A stretch of DNA of 64,000 nucleotides from Eledone cirrhosa (taxonomy: Eukaryota), in NCBI GenBank assembly GCA_964016885.1, contig OZ024744.1, positions 44,950,001-45,014,000 of the forward strand, in the 5' to 3' direction. Shown one piece after another: positions 1-13,222 of the stretch (positions within the stretch are counted from its first letter, which is position 1; every line of letters starts with the position of its first letter). The notes below the pieces were generated by a model that saw only the letters and a program-made list of their open reading frames with translations, was not told the origin of the DNA and made no database searches. The position numbers and the translations under genes are program-made.

Positions 1-250
1 TAGTTTTAAGTGTTTACCGGTTGCGCATTTCTAGTGCTTTTCAAAAATAATTTTGAGATAGAGCGCCCGTGATGTTTGCTCTAATCTGATTAGTTTGGGA
101 AATTCTACCTGTTTTATGTGAAATAAGTGGCTCCAGAGGTATTAACATATATATATATATATGCAAAAGTTCTATTTAAATTGTTGGAATACAAGAAGCA
201 AATATTTTTATAACTGATATAAAGCACTCGACAAGTATTTGGAGTAAATA

Positions 251-939
251 TACGATATTAATAAATGGTAACTATATTTATAAAACCATATTTATTTCAT
301 TATACATATTTCAAGGATACCATGTTAAATTATGGTATGCCTTCATCAGACAAAATACAATATATACCAGTTTTATAAATAAACATTGACGTAACCTTTC
401 AAAATGCGACCGTTACTTTTGGAAGACATCAGGATAGTGGTTTGTTTATTTTAGTAAGTCGATGTGTTAAGGAGAAGGAAAAAGAGGGAGAGAGAGAGAA
501 ACCGAGAGAGAAAAGTGGAGAAAAGAAAGGGAGAGATAAATAAAGAAAAAGAAGAAAGAAAAAAGAAAAAAAGAAAACAAAGAAAAAACAACAGAGAGAT
601 ATCAAACCAAAGGCAGAGAGAACAAATCAAGGGAGAGAAATATAGAGATAGAGAGATCTTTATTTATCTCTCCCTTTCTTTTCTCCACTTTTATCTCTCT
701 CGGTTTCTCTCTCTCCGTCTTTTACCTTCGACTTACTAAAATAAACAAACCACTATCCTGATGTCTTCCAAAAGTAACGGTCGCATTTTGAAAGGGTACG
801 TCAATGTTTATTTATAAAACTGGTATATATCGTATTTTGTCTGATGAAGGCATACCATAATTTAACATGGTATCCTTGAAATATGTATAATGAAATAAAT
901 ATGGTTTTATAAATATAGTTTCCATTTATTAATATCGTA
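251..939. mobile_element. Non-coding fold-back (palindromic) PLE pseudo-LTR derivative with an HHR in each arm
   Basis: Arms ~251-546 and ~657-939 are near-perfect reverse complements around a purine-rich spacer; the right end abuts (TA)n. Confidence 0.8.
833..897 (+). ncRNA. Type I hammerhead ribozyme (mirror copy on minus strand ~293-357)
   Basis: tattttgt-CTGATGA(841-847)-stem II aggcataccat/atggtatcctt-GAAA(878-881)-tatgtat-A-atgaaata; stem I pairs over 8 bp including two G-U; AATAAA overlaps the 3' end. Confidence 0.8.
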
Positions 940-961
940 TATATATATATATATATAAAAT

Positions 962-1528
962 AATTATAATAAAATAACAGAAGGCTGGACTTGCGTAAAT
1001 CCTTGAAAGGTTTATTATAATATGATCATTTCAATGACCGGGTTCCGTATGAATCCGGTGATATCATCAGGTATTCGGAATTTAATAAATGAATGTAACA
1101 GATAAAATCCATGGGGCTGAAAATCATAGACCCGAGGACGACACCATCTAGCATCTGTAGCCGGTCGCCCTCAAGTGCCGGCTAAAGTTGAAGATGCTAG
1201 ATGGTCGGTCGTCCTCGGGTCTATGATTTTCAGCCCCATGGATTTCATCTGTTACATTCATTTATTATATTTCGAATACCTGATGATATCACCGGATTCA
1301 TACGGAACCCGGTCATTGAAATGATCATAGTATAATAAACCTTTCAAGGATTTACGCAAGTCCAGCCGCCTGTTATTTTATTATGATATTTAACTCCGTA
1401 CTCGCACCACCAACTACACAAACGAAGACGGTTGAGCTGCTTTACGTTGAGTACTCTCCATATTATTACATCAAGATTGACCGTACGGAATGACCAGCTC
1501 TATCCAGTGGTGAACCTTCAAACCTAAA
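962..1528. mobile_element. Second fold-back pseudo-LTR element with a 3' extension, between (TA)n tracts
   Basis: Arms 966-~1165 and ~1175-1384 are reverse complements; unique tail to ~1528. Confidence 0.8.
1276..1333 (+). ncRNA. Minimal type I hammerhead ribozyme (mirror copy ~1017-1074 minus)
   Basis: atac-CTGATGA(1280-1286)-stem II accggattc/gaacccggt-GAAA(1318-1321)-palindromic stem III ATGATCAT-A-gtat, followed by AATAAA. Confidence 0.85.
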
Positions 1529-1573
<45 letters not shown>

Positions 1574-1574
<1 letters not shown>

Positions 1575-2742
1575 GGTAATATCCGTAGGTAATATCCGAA
1601 GGTAATATCCGTGGTGGTGGAGCACTCTGTCCATGGGACGAGTTAGGTAGAAGTGGTTAGTTCACCATACCGCGAACAATTGTTTCACCTTACCGGATCC
1701 TCAGCTCGTAATGGACATGGTTATACGGAACAGGAAGGACAACCGTACAAACGCGCAGGCGCAGAAACCGTCACTTCCCACAGGCAATACTAAAAAGCGT
1801 GCGAGAGGTGTAAGGGAGATAACTGCGAAAGTCCGAAAAGTTTCTAGTTGATAAGAAAATTAGGATCTTTTTGTGATTCAACCCGGAGCTTTGTAGTTAT
1901 GTAACAGGTGTTTCGAGACGTGTGGACAACGTGTGAAGAATTCATTTCTCGTGTTTAGGCAATCACTATTGCATAATCTCTTTAGAATATTTATTCGTTC
2001 ATCAATACATAGTCCACACGACGGATTTCCCCTTGCGTATGGCTTGGACTTAGTGATGGCTACCCATTGAATGGAGTAGTCTATACTTCAGTCCTTGAGG
2101 GACCATACATGGCTCGCGAGTTTCGTGGATGAACGTCTGTCCGGGTACCTAAAGGTCGACTGGTGGTTCAGGAAGCGTTCCTTAAATCGGCCCTCCGCCA
2201 TACCCACATAGGAGTTGACCTCCTGTGGTTGATTTGGTCGGTTTGAAGTGACCACAGCTTTATAAATTACAGCGGGTGTGTTGTATTGCTGCTGAAGGGG
2301 ACAAGATTCTGGCTTACGGCAAGAGCACCCTGGTGGGGTGTTGCTCTTAGGGCTGTTCATGATGTGGGCCTTCATGTTCTTAGCGCAGGAGTATCCTAGT
2401 TTTACTTTCTGTCGGTTAAAAATGCAGCGGTATTTATGACCTATGGGAAAGTGTCTATCTAAGATGGCTAGAAATTGTTTGGCTACATTGGTTTTAACGT
2501 TGAGTGAGAAGGGAGGAGAGAACCAGATAGTTTGGCTATTGTTACGCTTTTTTTTCTTATTGGTGTTGTTGATAGTGGGAGAGTAAGTGATAGGTTGCGA
2601 GAAGTGGCTGTTAGCTAACGCTGTGTTATAGTAGGGTTTCCTTATAATCATGTTCCGTATAACCATGTCCATTACGAGCTGAGGATCCGCTAAGGCGAAA
2701 CAATTGTTCTCGGTATGGTGAACTAACTGTTGTGTAATCACT
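1574..2742 (-). mobile_element. 5'-truncated Penelope-like element: GIY-YIG endonuclease region, 3' pseudo-LTR and inverted partial pseudo-LTR
   Basis: ORF 2088-2741 has WFSPPFS, CSCRKPESCPL, VIY...YVG, FKERFLNH and LASHVW; 2652-2742 is an inverted copy of ~1648-1731; flanked by (TA)n. Confidence 0.9.
2675..2712 (+). ncRNA. Minimal hammerhead ribozyme in the PLE pseudo-LTR (also ~1673-1710 minus; decayed at ~35751 and ~35960)
   Basis: cgag-CTGAGGA-short weak stem II-GAAA-ACAATTGT palindrome-T-ctcg. Confidence 0.65.
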
Positions 2743-2862
2743 TATATATATATATAAGCAAAATGTATGGTAGGTCGTATGTGAATCGCGATGATCTCGC
2801 CTGACCTACCAAATATGCGACGGTAGCTAGTTAAGCTCTATGCGTATAAGCAGAGCAGAAAT

Positions 2863-3257
2863 ATTAATGAAAAAGAACAAGGGAACTATTATGACATTAT
2901 AACAAGTTTATTGCCGACAGCCGTAAATTATAAATTATCTAATTTTTAACCTTCAATCCCTGACTCTTAGGCCCTTTTCAAATTCTCTTAACTCCCCATA
3001 ACCCTTCCCTTTTACAACTCCGACAACTAATATAAAAGAGCCCCCTTAGAATATAGACCCCAAATATACAAGCGGAGCTGGTGATGTATACCACAATTTC
3101 AAACTGCTAATCTTGAGTGAAACGTTGATGTAAATAATGAACTTACAATCACATGTTATATGCCTTGAAAAGTCCCACCATATGGTCGGACGAAACGGCT
3201 GTCGGCAATAGACTTGTTATAATGTCATAATAGTTCCCTTGTTCTCTTTCATTAATA
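2863..3257 (+). mobile_element. Pseudo-LTR fragment with inverted terminal copy and a U3-A8 variant HHR at 3161-3207
   Basis: 2863-2924 is inverted relative to 3195-3257; tgcc-TTGAAAA-gtcc...ggac-GAAA-cggctgT-C-ggca. Confidence 0.7.
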
Positions 3258-3280
3258 TATATATATATATATATATATAT

Positions 3281-4098
3281 GGATAAGAATGAAACGAAAT
3301 TTCATTTCTCACTCTTAGTACGGCTGATACTTAAATGTACGTATGTATGTATACGTACATACATATATGTATACAAACGTACAGTAGTATGTATATATAT
3401 ACATACATGCACACATATATACATGCACGTATGGGTTTAACCAACATTTATTATGATGTTTGGTTTGTTTGTAAACAAACAGCCCGAATGACGCTGTACA
3501 GTGTTCAGGCAAACATCGTCACCCTTTTGTTTAACACTGACACAGGAACGATGTACTAGTTTCAAGCTTATTAGCTATCGTCAGCATCGTATACCTTTCT
3601 GTCAGATAATTGAACGCCTGAAAGTATATACTTTCCTTATGCATATTAACAGCTGAGCAGCCTAATTTGCATATCGAGTGAGTTGGTCGGCCGGGCGCAC
3701 CGAAAACGATAAATGGAAAAGATTGAAACGAAATTTAATTTCTCACTCTTAATACGGCTGATACTTAAATGTAAGTATGTATGTATATGTACATACATAT
3801 ATGTATACAGACGTACACTATTATGTATATATATACATACATGCACACATATATACATGTACGTAGGGGTATACCGAACATTTATTATAATGTTCGCTTT
3901 GTTTGTAAACAAACTGTCCGAATTGCGCTGTACAGTGTTCAAGAAACGATCGTCGCCTTTTTGTTCAACACTGACACAGGAACGATGTACTAGTTTCAAG
4001 CTCATTAGATATCGTCAGTATCATATACCTTTCTGTCAGATGATTCAACGTCTGAAAGTATATACTTTCCTTATGCATATTAACGGCTGAGCAGCCTA
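3281..4098 (-). repeat. Retrozyme-like ~434-bp unit, ~1.9 tandem copies, one HHR per unit (3549-3589, 3983-4023)
   Basis: Direct repeat with period 434; minus strand reads cgatg-CTGACGA-tagctaataagctt-GAAA-ctagt-A-catcg; (TA)n on both sides. Confidence 0.85.
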
Positions 4099-4102
4099 TC
4101 TA

Positions 4103-4199
<97 letters not shown>

Positions 4200-4200
<1 letters not shown>

Positions 4201-5980
4201 GTATATATGTTGGTTGTAAACCAACACCTCAGTATGCAGATTGGAGCACTCCACGAAGTGCGCAGGTTGGTTTGGTTACTCCGGAGTAATGTAAAATGAA
4301 ATAAAATAAATAAGTCAAATGTTTAAAATTTACCTTCGTTTATTACTGCTATATATATTTCGGTGACAGCCATCTTTGGCTGTGACCTCTTCAGGCAGAC
4401 CGAATTAGTGTGGTATAGACAAGTACATATGTTGTTGAGGTGTATAACCTTGTCAATACTCTGACATGCCCAGTTCCTGGTTGGGTTGTTATTTCACTGA
4501 GGAACTGGAATCATATGAATTCAAACAAACGAATTTCAGTGTCAAAGTCCTCTTCTCCTCACATTGGTCAGTTGTTCGAACATTCCACATTCAAAAGTCT
4601 ATAGAAATTCGTTCTGAGGCAAGCCAATCTGTAGTTGTTGTTATTGTTATTGTTAGGTACATCTGACCTCAATTCTTGTGTTGGTAGTGTTGTTATTGTT
4701 GGAGTTAGCTAAAAAAAATTGATAAAGTGGTAGAAGGATGGTAAAGGAACAAAATAACAAAAAAATGTCAAACTTACCATTGGTCAGTTTTGAGAGCATT
4801 CCTCAGTCCGAAGTCTATAGAAATTATTTCTAGGGTGAGGCTCCCTGTAGTGTTTGTGTTTGCTATTGTTAAGTACATCTGACCTCTACCTTTATTTTGG
4901 TAGTGTTGTTGGTGCTGTGGTCAGCTTATGTCTTGCTGCTGCTGACAATTTAGAAGTATCTGTCTGTCTGTTTTTCATCCCTACCGCCACCATCTCCCGT
5001 GGAGGTGGTGGGGGGGGGGGTTCTTCCATGTATATGAAGAAATATAAGGCAATAAAATGTAGAAAACAAAATAAATAATAAATAGAGAATAAAGAATAAA
5101 TGAAAAATTAATGAAAAAGTAATGAAAATGAATATGGAGAAGTAAAAAATAAAATGAAGATTGAAATAAAGTAAGATAAAGTGTGTGTGTGCTATAACCA
5201 ATCTCAATGTCAGAAATATGTTGGATAGATTGGTTTGAGGAACAAGATGGTAAAAGAATAAAAAAATAAGATAATCAAATAAAATGTGTTTGTGTTATAA
5301 CCAATCTCAACTTAAAAATAAATATAAGGTGATAAAGTGAAGAGAACAGAAAACAAATAACAAATTAATAAAGAGAAATCAAGATTGAAAAATTGAAAAA
5401 TTGAAAAATCAGAAATCAAGTAAAATAAAATGTGTTTGTGTTGGCCAAATTATAATGGCTGTGTCCGAATCAATCTCTAGGCTATCATGGTGTCAGCTCA
5501 TCCTGGGTTGGTCCCTATGGCTTGAGGGAGTTCTCAACCTAGGGTGTTGTTATTGCCCATATAGCTTGAGGGAGGTCTGGCCGAGAGGTGTCTACATCTT
5601 CTGGAGAAGTCCCTATAGCTTGAGGGGAGCTCACATCTTCTTGTGCTGCTACTGTCCATATATCTCTGAGGTGTCTGCATGTCCCGAAGAAGTCGGTTCT
5701 GAGGTTTATAAGGCCGCTTCCACCTCTTAGTATCTCGAGGGTCTCGTTCAGGCATAGTTTGCATATGCAAGATCCCCCTTTATCGGGTGGTACTTTTCTG
5801 ATTATGTACCAGGCCAGAGAGTACGGGGTCCTGTCCAGCTTAAGCTTCCAGATCAGGTCGGAGAGAGCCGTGCTTTTCCTTTTGGCCTCCTTATTGAAGG
5901 AATGGCGATGGTTGTACCAGCGGTCTTTAAAGCTCGTTGATGTGGCTCCTATGTTGAGGTGTTCGGAGTTGGGGGTTTAA
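4200..5980 (-). mobile_element. 5'-truncated PLE: C-terminal GIY-YIG remnant (~5520-5978), long internally duplicated 3' region and pseudo-LTR
   Basis: Minus-strand translation NIGATSTSFKDRWYNHRHSF...STALSDLIWKLK...CKLCLNE...GTCRH; ~215-bp duplication 4565/4780; ccctatagcttgagggag-like motif x3. Confidence 0.8.
4346..4398 (-). ncRNA. Type I hammerhead ribozyme, canonical core
   Basis: ctgc-CTGAAGA-ggtcacagcca/tggctgtcacc-GAAA-tatatat-A-gcag-taataaa on the minus strand. Confidence 0.9.
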
Positions 5981-5984
5981 CTTA

Positions 5985-6935
5985 TACTAATATGTATTAT
6001 TAAAATAAAAATATTAATGTTATTAAGGATATAATGTGAAAAGAAGGAGCAAACTGAATGAGTTGTGAATTTGTTTGACTTTTACATATTACAATATATA
6101 AAAACAAACTTAAACCCTAACTAATTTCTTTTAATATATTATATTGTTACCATTAGAAAATATTTCGTAAACATATATATTTTTTGATGTTAGATATTTT
6201 CTTCCTTAAACATTCTTTTCTTCTTTGCCTTCTCCGCTCATTTTTAAACAAACTGTTTGCGAACACATATTACGCACACATATTACATTACATAAAAACA
6301 AATTTAAACCCTAACTAATTCCTCTAAATTCATAACTCATTCATTCTGCTCCTTCTTTTCACATTATATCCTTAATAACATTAATATTTTTATTTTAATA
6401 ATACATATTAATAATTTTTTTCCTCGCACATATTATTAAACCCTTCAATATACAAACCTTAATTTAATATTATTCTTAATTCCTTTTTCTCTTCATGCAT
6501 AAACCTCATTAACTTTTAATTTCAAATTCTTTTAAATTATCTATTATCTTCCAACGGCTTTTTAACTTCTCTGTGTGAGACAATATATATATTTTTTCAG
6601 CTGTAAAGGCTATCTCTCTCTCTCTATCACCCATCTCTCCTCCTCTCTCATCCTTCCTTCTTATACTCCTCCCCCATCATTCTTTACTCTATCTCCTCCT
6701 CTTCCTTACCTTTTCCACACACCCCCCATCACTTTTTCCCAATCACATACATCAATCTTAAATTATTTTTCATATTTTTATTTAAAGCTTCACTATTCAC
6801 AAGTGTTTTTTTAAGCTTCATATCATGTATCCCTATTTTATTTGATGAAAACGCAGATATCATCCCATGATGATATTTGTTTTTGAAATGCGCATAATAA
6901 AATACTTGGAACTCTTTTAACCATCTTTTGATCTT
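5985..6935 (+). mobile_element. PLE 3' region/pseudo-LTR of the same family as 37811-38910, with inverted 5' segment and a C3U-mutated HHR at 6835-6903
   Basis: 6780-6935 aligns with 38750-38905; ~5989-6073 is inverted relative to ~6326-6410. Confidence 0.75.
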
Positions 6936-6937
6936 AT

Positions 6938-7295
6938 ATGGTGGATGGGTGCTACACGAATATGCTGAGGATGGCTCTGAACATTAATCAGTATACACTG
7001 AGGATGAAAAACTCAGAGCTGTATGGGAGCATCCCAAAAGTCAGCTCAAAAGTGACACAGAGGAGACTGAGATTAGCTGGACATGCTCACCGACATCCAG
7101 AGTTGACATTGCACTCAGTACTCCTGTGGGAGCCCCTACATGGACACACTAGAAGAGGAAGACCAAGGTTAACGTATGTTGATGCCCTAAGGACAGACAC
7201 TGGTCTGTTGGAGACGTAGGACATGGCAGCGATAATGAGGGACAGAGACCGCTGGAGAGAACTCGTCCATGGATCTCAGGAATTTTACCCGCCTT

Positions 7296-7298
<3 letters not shown>
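6938..7298 (+). mobile_element. RTE-like LINE 3' fragment
   Basis: RRLRLAGHAHRH...LLWEP...RRGRPRLTYVDAL, typical of the post-RT C-terminus of RTE-type LINEs. Confidence 0.75.
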
Positions 7299-7354
<56 letters not shown>

Positions 7355-7364
7355 TACATATACA

Positions 7365-7518
7365 CCATATTTCCCGGCGTCGAAGACGCTTCTTTTTTCA
7401 TAAAATAAGTCTCAAAAATCTACCATGCGTCCTTGAGGTCGAACGTTGTTTATTATTTTTTCTCAAATTTTTGGTTGTCAAAATTAGGGTGCGTTCTCAA
7501 GGACGCCGGGAAATACGG
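7365..7518. mobile_element. pogo/Tc1-mariner-type MITE
   Basis: 17-bp TIRs ccatatttcccggcgtc / gacgccgggaaatacgg in a TA context. Confidence 0.7.
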
Positions 7519-7532
7519 TATATATATATATA

Positions 7533-10500
7533 TGATGTTATTGTTTTGATTATACGCTATTTCTATATATATATCTTGCCATGTATGAATTATTTTTGTA
7601 TTCCGAGGATTTGCTCAGAGGTAAATAATGTAATGGAGATCGAATGACTCAACTTCGAGCGATTAGCAACCTCTAGACTCACCTGATCAATGAAACAATT
7701 GTTAATACCTGAAATAAAGCCCATTGTTACTCTTCATTCTTTCACTATATATTACTCTAAGTATAACCTACATAGGAATTCCCGCGAACTCGCTGTCTAA
7801 CTATGGAAACATCTTGTTGAGTCAAACAAAGCCGTACGTTAAAACTATCCACGACGCAGAGTACTCACGACCTCTAACTGGATTACCTATAACGATAACT
7901 TGTTATTCCATATACCCAGCTCCCACTAGATTGAGCAACAACATTAACGCACGGCACTAACGTGGAAAAGCACCACATAGGCATGTCCTTGAAAAATATG
8001 CCTATACCTACAAACAAGGACTATACACTCGGCATGATACAGCGTACTAATGACTTCATCCGTCGAATCCGCTGGAAGGCCTATCATTGCAATAAAGGGC
8101 ACGCTAATAACACGGAGCAATTTACAAGGGAACAATACGAATTCAAATCCTGCAAAAATCCACCAAATAACCCCCAGCTCGATGCCTTCGAACTCGAATT
8201 CATGAACATGATAAGTGAAACCATATTCAGAAAACGGACACATCGCAACAAACTGCAAAATGACATCAATGTACTACTAAAATAACTACGCAGCACCAAC
8301 CGTATTATAGTAAAATCTGACAAACATCAAGCGTATACACCATGAGCCTTAATACATACGATAACTTTATACGCCGTGGACTGCACAAAAAATACAAGAA
8401 AACAACACAATCTGCGCTCACTAGCATTAATAAGGAAGGACTTAGCATTGTAAAAAAATTGAAAATATCTTGATAGAACCGAGCCTCTAACCCCTTTTAA
8501 CCGCACATTTAACCTAAAGGATCATAAAAATAATTTCGAAACAGACCCCGCAATTAGATTAATATTCCCATCGAAATCGGATGTAGGTAAAATTAGCAAG
8601 TATATACTAGATAGAGTAATCGGAAAAAATCAAGGATAGACTAGTAATTAAGCTATGGGGTAACACTAACGAAGCAAAAGACTGGTTCAGCAAAATAGAC
8701 AGTAGAGAAACATCCAACTTCGTACAGTTCGACATTAATGACTACTACTCATCCATATCCCCAGTCACCCTAGATAAAGCACTAACCTTTGCCCAGAAAA
8801 ATTCGGACCTTACCTCGGAGGAAATTAAAATAATACTAACTGTTAGAAGAATTATCATTAGATTCGAAAATAGTTACTGGGAACGAAGAAATAGACAGAA
8901 TAGCTTCGATATCACAATGGGATCTAACGACTCAGCACAGGTAACGGACTTAGTGGGAATATATATAGCGCACAACTTACATAAGGAATTCAATAACCTC
9001 CAGGGAGGAATTTATAGAGACGACACACACCTTTTAGCCAAATACTTAAATAATCAAAACATGCAAACATTGCGGAAAAACATCAGAGTCTTCTTCAACA
9101 AACTAGGCATCACTTTCGAACTTAACTCTAAAAAAGCAAATTTCTTACATGTAACACTCAACCTAAACACATGACTAATAGAGCCCTTCCATAAAAATAA
9201 CGAAAATCTAGCCTACATTAGTTATAACTCAAACCACCCCCGATCCATAATTAACTCCATAACACATAGTGTATCCCTCAGAATATCTTGCAGCCAACAT
9301 AGAATTACACATACATAAAATCAACCACCAAAATATCTCTAAAGAAAAGAATCTACCAACATACGCCATAGCACCAAATACAAAACGCAAACACATAACA
9401 ACATCACAACCACAAACACATCAGGGCGCATCACCACAAAACACTAACAGGCCTAAATCTCAACCCACCCACAACAACATACAAAACAGCAACGGTGAAC
9501 CTGCACACAGAAAAGCCTTCAACTGTAACTGCCACCTACCGGATAAGTGCCCACTAGAAAATAGATGCCTGGATTCGAGTATGGTGTACCTGTGTACTGT
9601 AAATTCAGGCAACTTTACTTGGCACTACATAGGTCCACGGCTGGGGAGTTCCAAAAAATGTGGTACGTTCATAGACACTCCATGAAGAACCATAGACTGG
9701 AGAACTCCACAACAGACTTTGAAATATGGAGCTATTCCATATTTTAAGGTACGATAAGATGCTGCTTAACAGCAAAATAGAAAGATCAATATTCTGTACG
9801 CATAAAATAGCTACCAAGTTCACAAATTTTAAACCGCCATGATTCGAGCCAGCAATCCCAAAATTAGAACCGAACCACCTGGATTTTAACGTATGGAATG
9901 CATACCATCACACCGCTATTAGCTGTCAAGCGGTCGACTGGTCAGTAGATCATAAATCTCTTAACATCTCTTCCACCCTCTCTCCCTGAAACCACATCAA
10001 CCCCATTAAGACAAGACAATCAGCAAAACGTTTACCACACACATTTGTCAAACCTCCCTTCACCATCCACCCTTAGCCCTTGGGTCTCATAATAGTATCT
10101 CCCAATTAATCTCTAATTTATTGCTTTTTCTTTTATCTGTCACTACCTCGGACTCTCTGCACGTATCTATGTATGTTTCGAATATGACTTTTCATGTTAG
10201 CACTAAATCCACCACACCATCCTTATACGGACACTTAGTCACCACCACCACTATCATATTCTGTACTTATATGCTCTCACTTATCCTTATTTCTTTATAT
10301 GTCTATTATTTTTCCATTCTTTTACTTTTTTACTGTATCTTTTTACTTATCTTTTACTTTGTACATCTGTAACTTCTTTACCTATTTATCATATATATTT
10401 TATTATTGATGTTATTGTTTTGATTATACCCTATTTCTCTATATATATCTTGCCATGTATGAATTATTTTTGTATTCCGAGGATTTGAACAGAGGTAAAT

Positions 10501-10782
10501 AATGTAATGGAGATCGAGTGACGCAACTCGAGCGATTAGCGGCCTCTAGACTCACCTGGTCAATGAAACAATTGTTAATACCTGAAATAAAGTCCATTGT
10601 TGTACTCTTCATTCTTTCACTATTATTACTCCAAGTATAACCTACATAGGAATTCCCGCGAACTCGCTGTCTAACTATGGAAACATCTTGTTGAGTCAAA
10701 CAAAGCCGTACGTTAAAACTATCCACGACGCAGAGTACTCACAACCTCTAACTGGATTACCTATAACGATAACTTGTTATCC
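7533..10782 (+). mobile_element. Near full-length decayed PLE with two direct ~375-bp pseudo-LTRs (7533-7909, 10407-10782) and a frameshifted RT + GIY-YIG ORF (~7960-9841)
   Basis: SLKNMPIP, IRRIRWKA, LKDHK, QFDINDYYSSI, MGSNDSA, YRDD, CNCHLPDKCPL and MVY...YIG motifs; (TA)n flanks. Confidence 0.92.
10472..10581 (+). ncRNA. HHR-like variant with CCGAGGA core and 81-nt stem II region (second copy 7598-7708)
   Basis: gtatt-CCGAGGA-long insert-GAAA-ACAATTGT palindrome-T-aatac, then AATAAA. Confidence 0.55.
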
Positions 10783-11569
10783 ATATATATATATATATAT
10801 ATATACACTTCGAATGTAGAGAACTTTTTCCTGCTTGCTCTTGTTTTTACCAAAACAATTTCTGTAGTTACGATGGCCATTTACTATAAGAAAGATGGTG
10901 TTGCATAAATCGTTTATTCATTTCAATTATTTCAACGGTTATATATATATACATCTATAAATACAAGTGGAAGCTTAGTAAAATCGAAGCTTTGGCTGTG
11001 GCCAAGCAAAGTCGACCTACAATAGGAATGAGTTAGCAAAGCATCCATAAGGGTCCCTTGAGTAATAACATACGTTTAAATAGCTTGACAAATTGAACAT
11101 TGCGGTAGGCAAAACCCAACCACACAATACCAAAGTAACGAAAGAACTAACAGGTTAAAAAACAGAGCTGGACAAATCGGACGATGTACGTCCGAAGTGT
11201 TTCTATTAAACCGAAATCATTTATCCAACTTACGTAACACGCAAGCTTGTGGTATTCCATGATCAAACAGGGGATTCATTTCATCAACAGGGATTTCGGT
11301 CTGACTCAAACTGGCGTGAACAAACTTAATGCGACCGCTACAGAAGGCAGCCTTCAAACATTTCGTTGTCACGTATTATTTCCAAAAAAGGAAGCAGCCC
11401 ATGGTTTTTGGCGGGTAAATTGAAAGTTTTAACTAAGGAAATAAAAATGTTCGCTCAACATTCCAAATAAAAGACCTCAACCAGATGTTATTAAACATAC
11501 ACAAATAATTAACCAATCAACAGAATTGTCTAATTAAATTGCTTAGTTAATTATTAAATCTAGGAGAAA

Positions 11570-11581
11570 ATTATATATATA

Positions 11582-11643
<62 letters not shown>

Positions 11644-13222
11644 TATGCGTACATACATATATGTATACAGACGTACAGTAGTATGTATATATATATACAT
11701 ACATGCACATATATATACATATGTACGTATGGATTCACCGAACATTTATTATAATGCTCGGTGTGTTTGTAAACAAACATCCCGTATTAAGCCGTAGTGT
11801 CTAGCAACCATCGTTGCTCGTTTGTTCAACACTGACAAAGTAACGCTGTACTAGTTTCAAGCTTATTAGCTATCGTCTGCAACCTATACCTTCCAGCCAG
11901 ATGATTCAACGTCTGAAAGTATATACTTTCCTTATGCATATTAACGGCTGAGCAGCCTAATTTGCATATCGAGTGAGCTAATCGGCTGGTGTACCGAAAA
12001 CGATAAACGGAAAAAATGAAACGAAATTTCATTTCTCACTCTTAGTACGGCTGTTACTTAAATATAAGTATGTATGCGTACATGCATATATGTATACAAA
12101 CGTACAGTAGTATGTATACATATATACATACATGCACACATATATATATATATATGTACGTATGGATTCACCGAACATTTATTATAATGTTCGGTGTGTT
12201 TGTAAACAAACATCCCGTATTAAGCCGTCCTGTGTCTAGCAACCATCGTTGCTCATTTGTTCAACACTGACAAAGGAACGCTGTACTAGTTTCATGCTTA
12301 TTAGCTATCGTCAGTAACATATACCTTCCTGCCAGATGATTGAACGTCTGAAAGTATATACTTTCCTTATGCATATTAACGGTACCCCGACCGATTAACT
12401 CACTCGATATGCAAATTAGGCTGCTCAGCCGTTAATATGCAGATGAAAAGTATATACTTTCAGACGTTCAATCATCTAGCAGGAAGGTATACGTTGCTGA
12501 CAATAGCTAATAAGCTTGAAACTAGTACAGCGTTCCTTTGTCATTGTTGAACAAATGAGCAACGATGGTTGCTAGACACTACGGCTTAATACGGGATGTT
12601 TGTTTACAAACACACCGAGCATTATAATAAATGTTCGGTGAATCCATACGTACATATATATATGTGTGCATGTATGTATATATATATATACATGCTACTG
12701 TACGTCTGTATACATATATGTTTGTACGCATACATACTTATATTTAAGTAACAGCCTTACTAAGAGTGAGAAATGAAATTTCGTTTCATTTTTTCCGATT
12801 ATCATTTTCGGTACCCCGGCCGATTAACTCACTCGATATGCAAATTGGGCTGCTCAGCCGTTAATATGCATAAGGAAAGTATATACTTTCAGACGTTCAA
12901 TCATCTGGCAGGAAGGTATACGTTGTTGACGATAGCTAATAAGCTTGAAACTAGTACAGCGTTCTTTTGTCAGTGTCGAACAACGATGGTTGCTTGACAC
13001 TGTACGGCTTAATACGGGATGTTTGTTTACAAACATACCGAGCATTATTATAAATGTTCGGTGAATCCATACGTACATATATATATGTGTGCATGTATGT
13101 ATATATATATACATACTACTGTACGTCTGTATACATATATGTATGTACGCATACATACTTATATTTAAGTAACAGCCGTACTAAGAGTGAGAAATGAAAT
13201 TTCCTTTCATTTTTTCCGTTTA
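11570..13222. repeat. Retrozyme-like 434-bp family: ~2 minus-sense units joined to ~2 plus-sense units (inversion at ~12382)
   Basis: Same unit as 3281-4098; HHR copies at 11844-11884(-), 12279-12319(-), 12492-12532(+) and 12921-12961(+), three of them with single core mutations. Confidence 0.85.

Noticed and set aside
3315-4090. Recurrent short ORFs (e.g. ...KVYTFLMHING) at three loci
   Set aside because: They recur only because the 434-bp unit repeats; frames are not preserved between copies.
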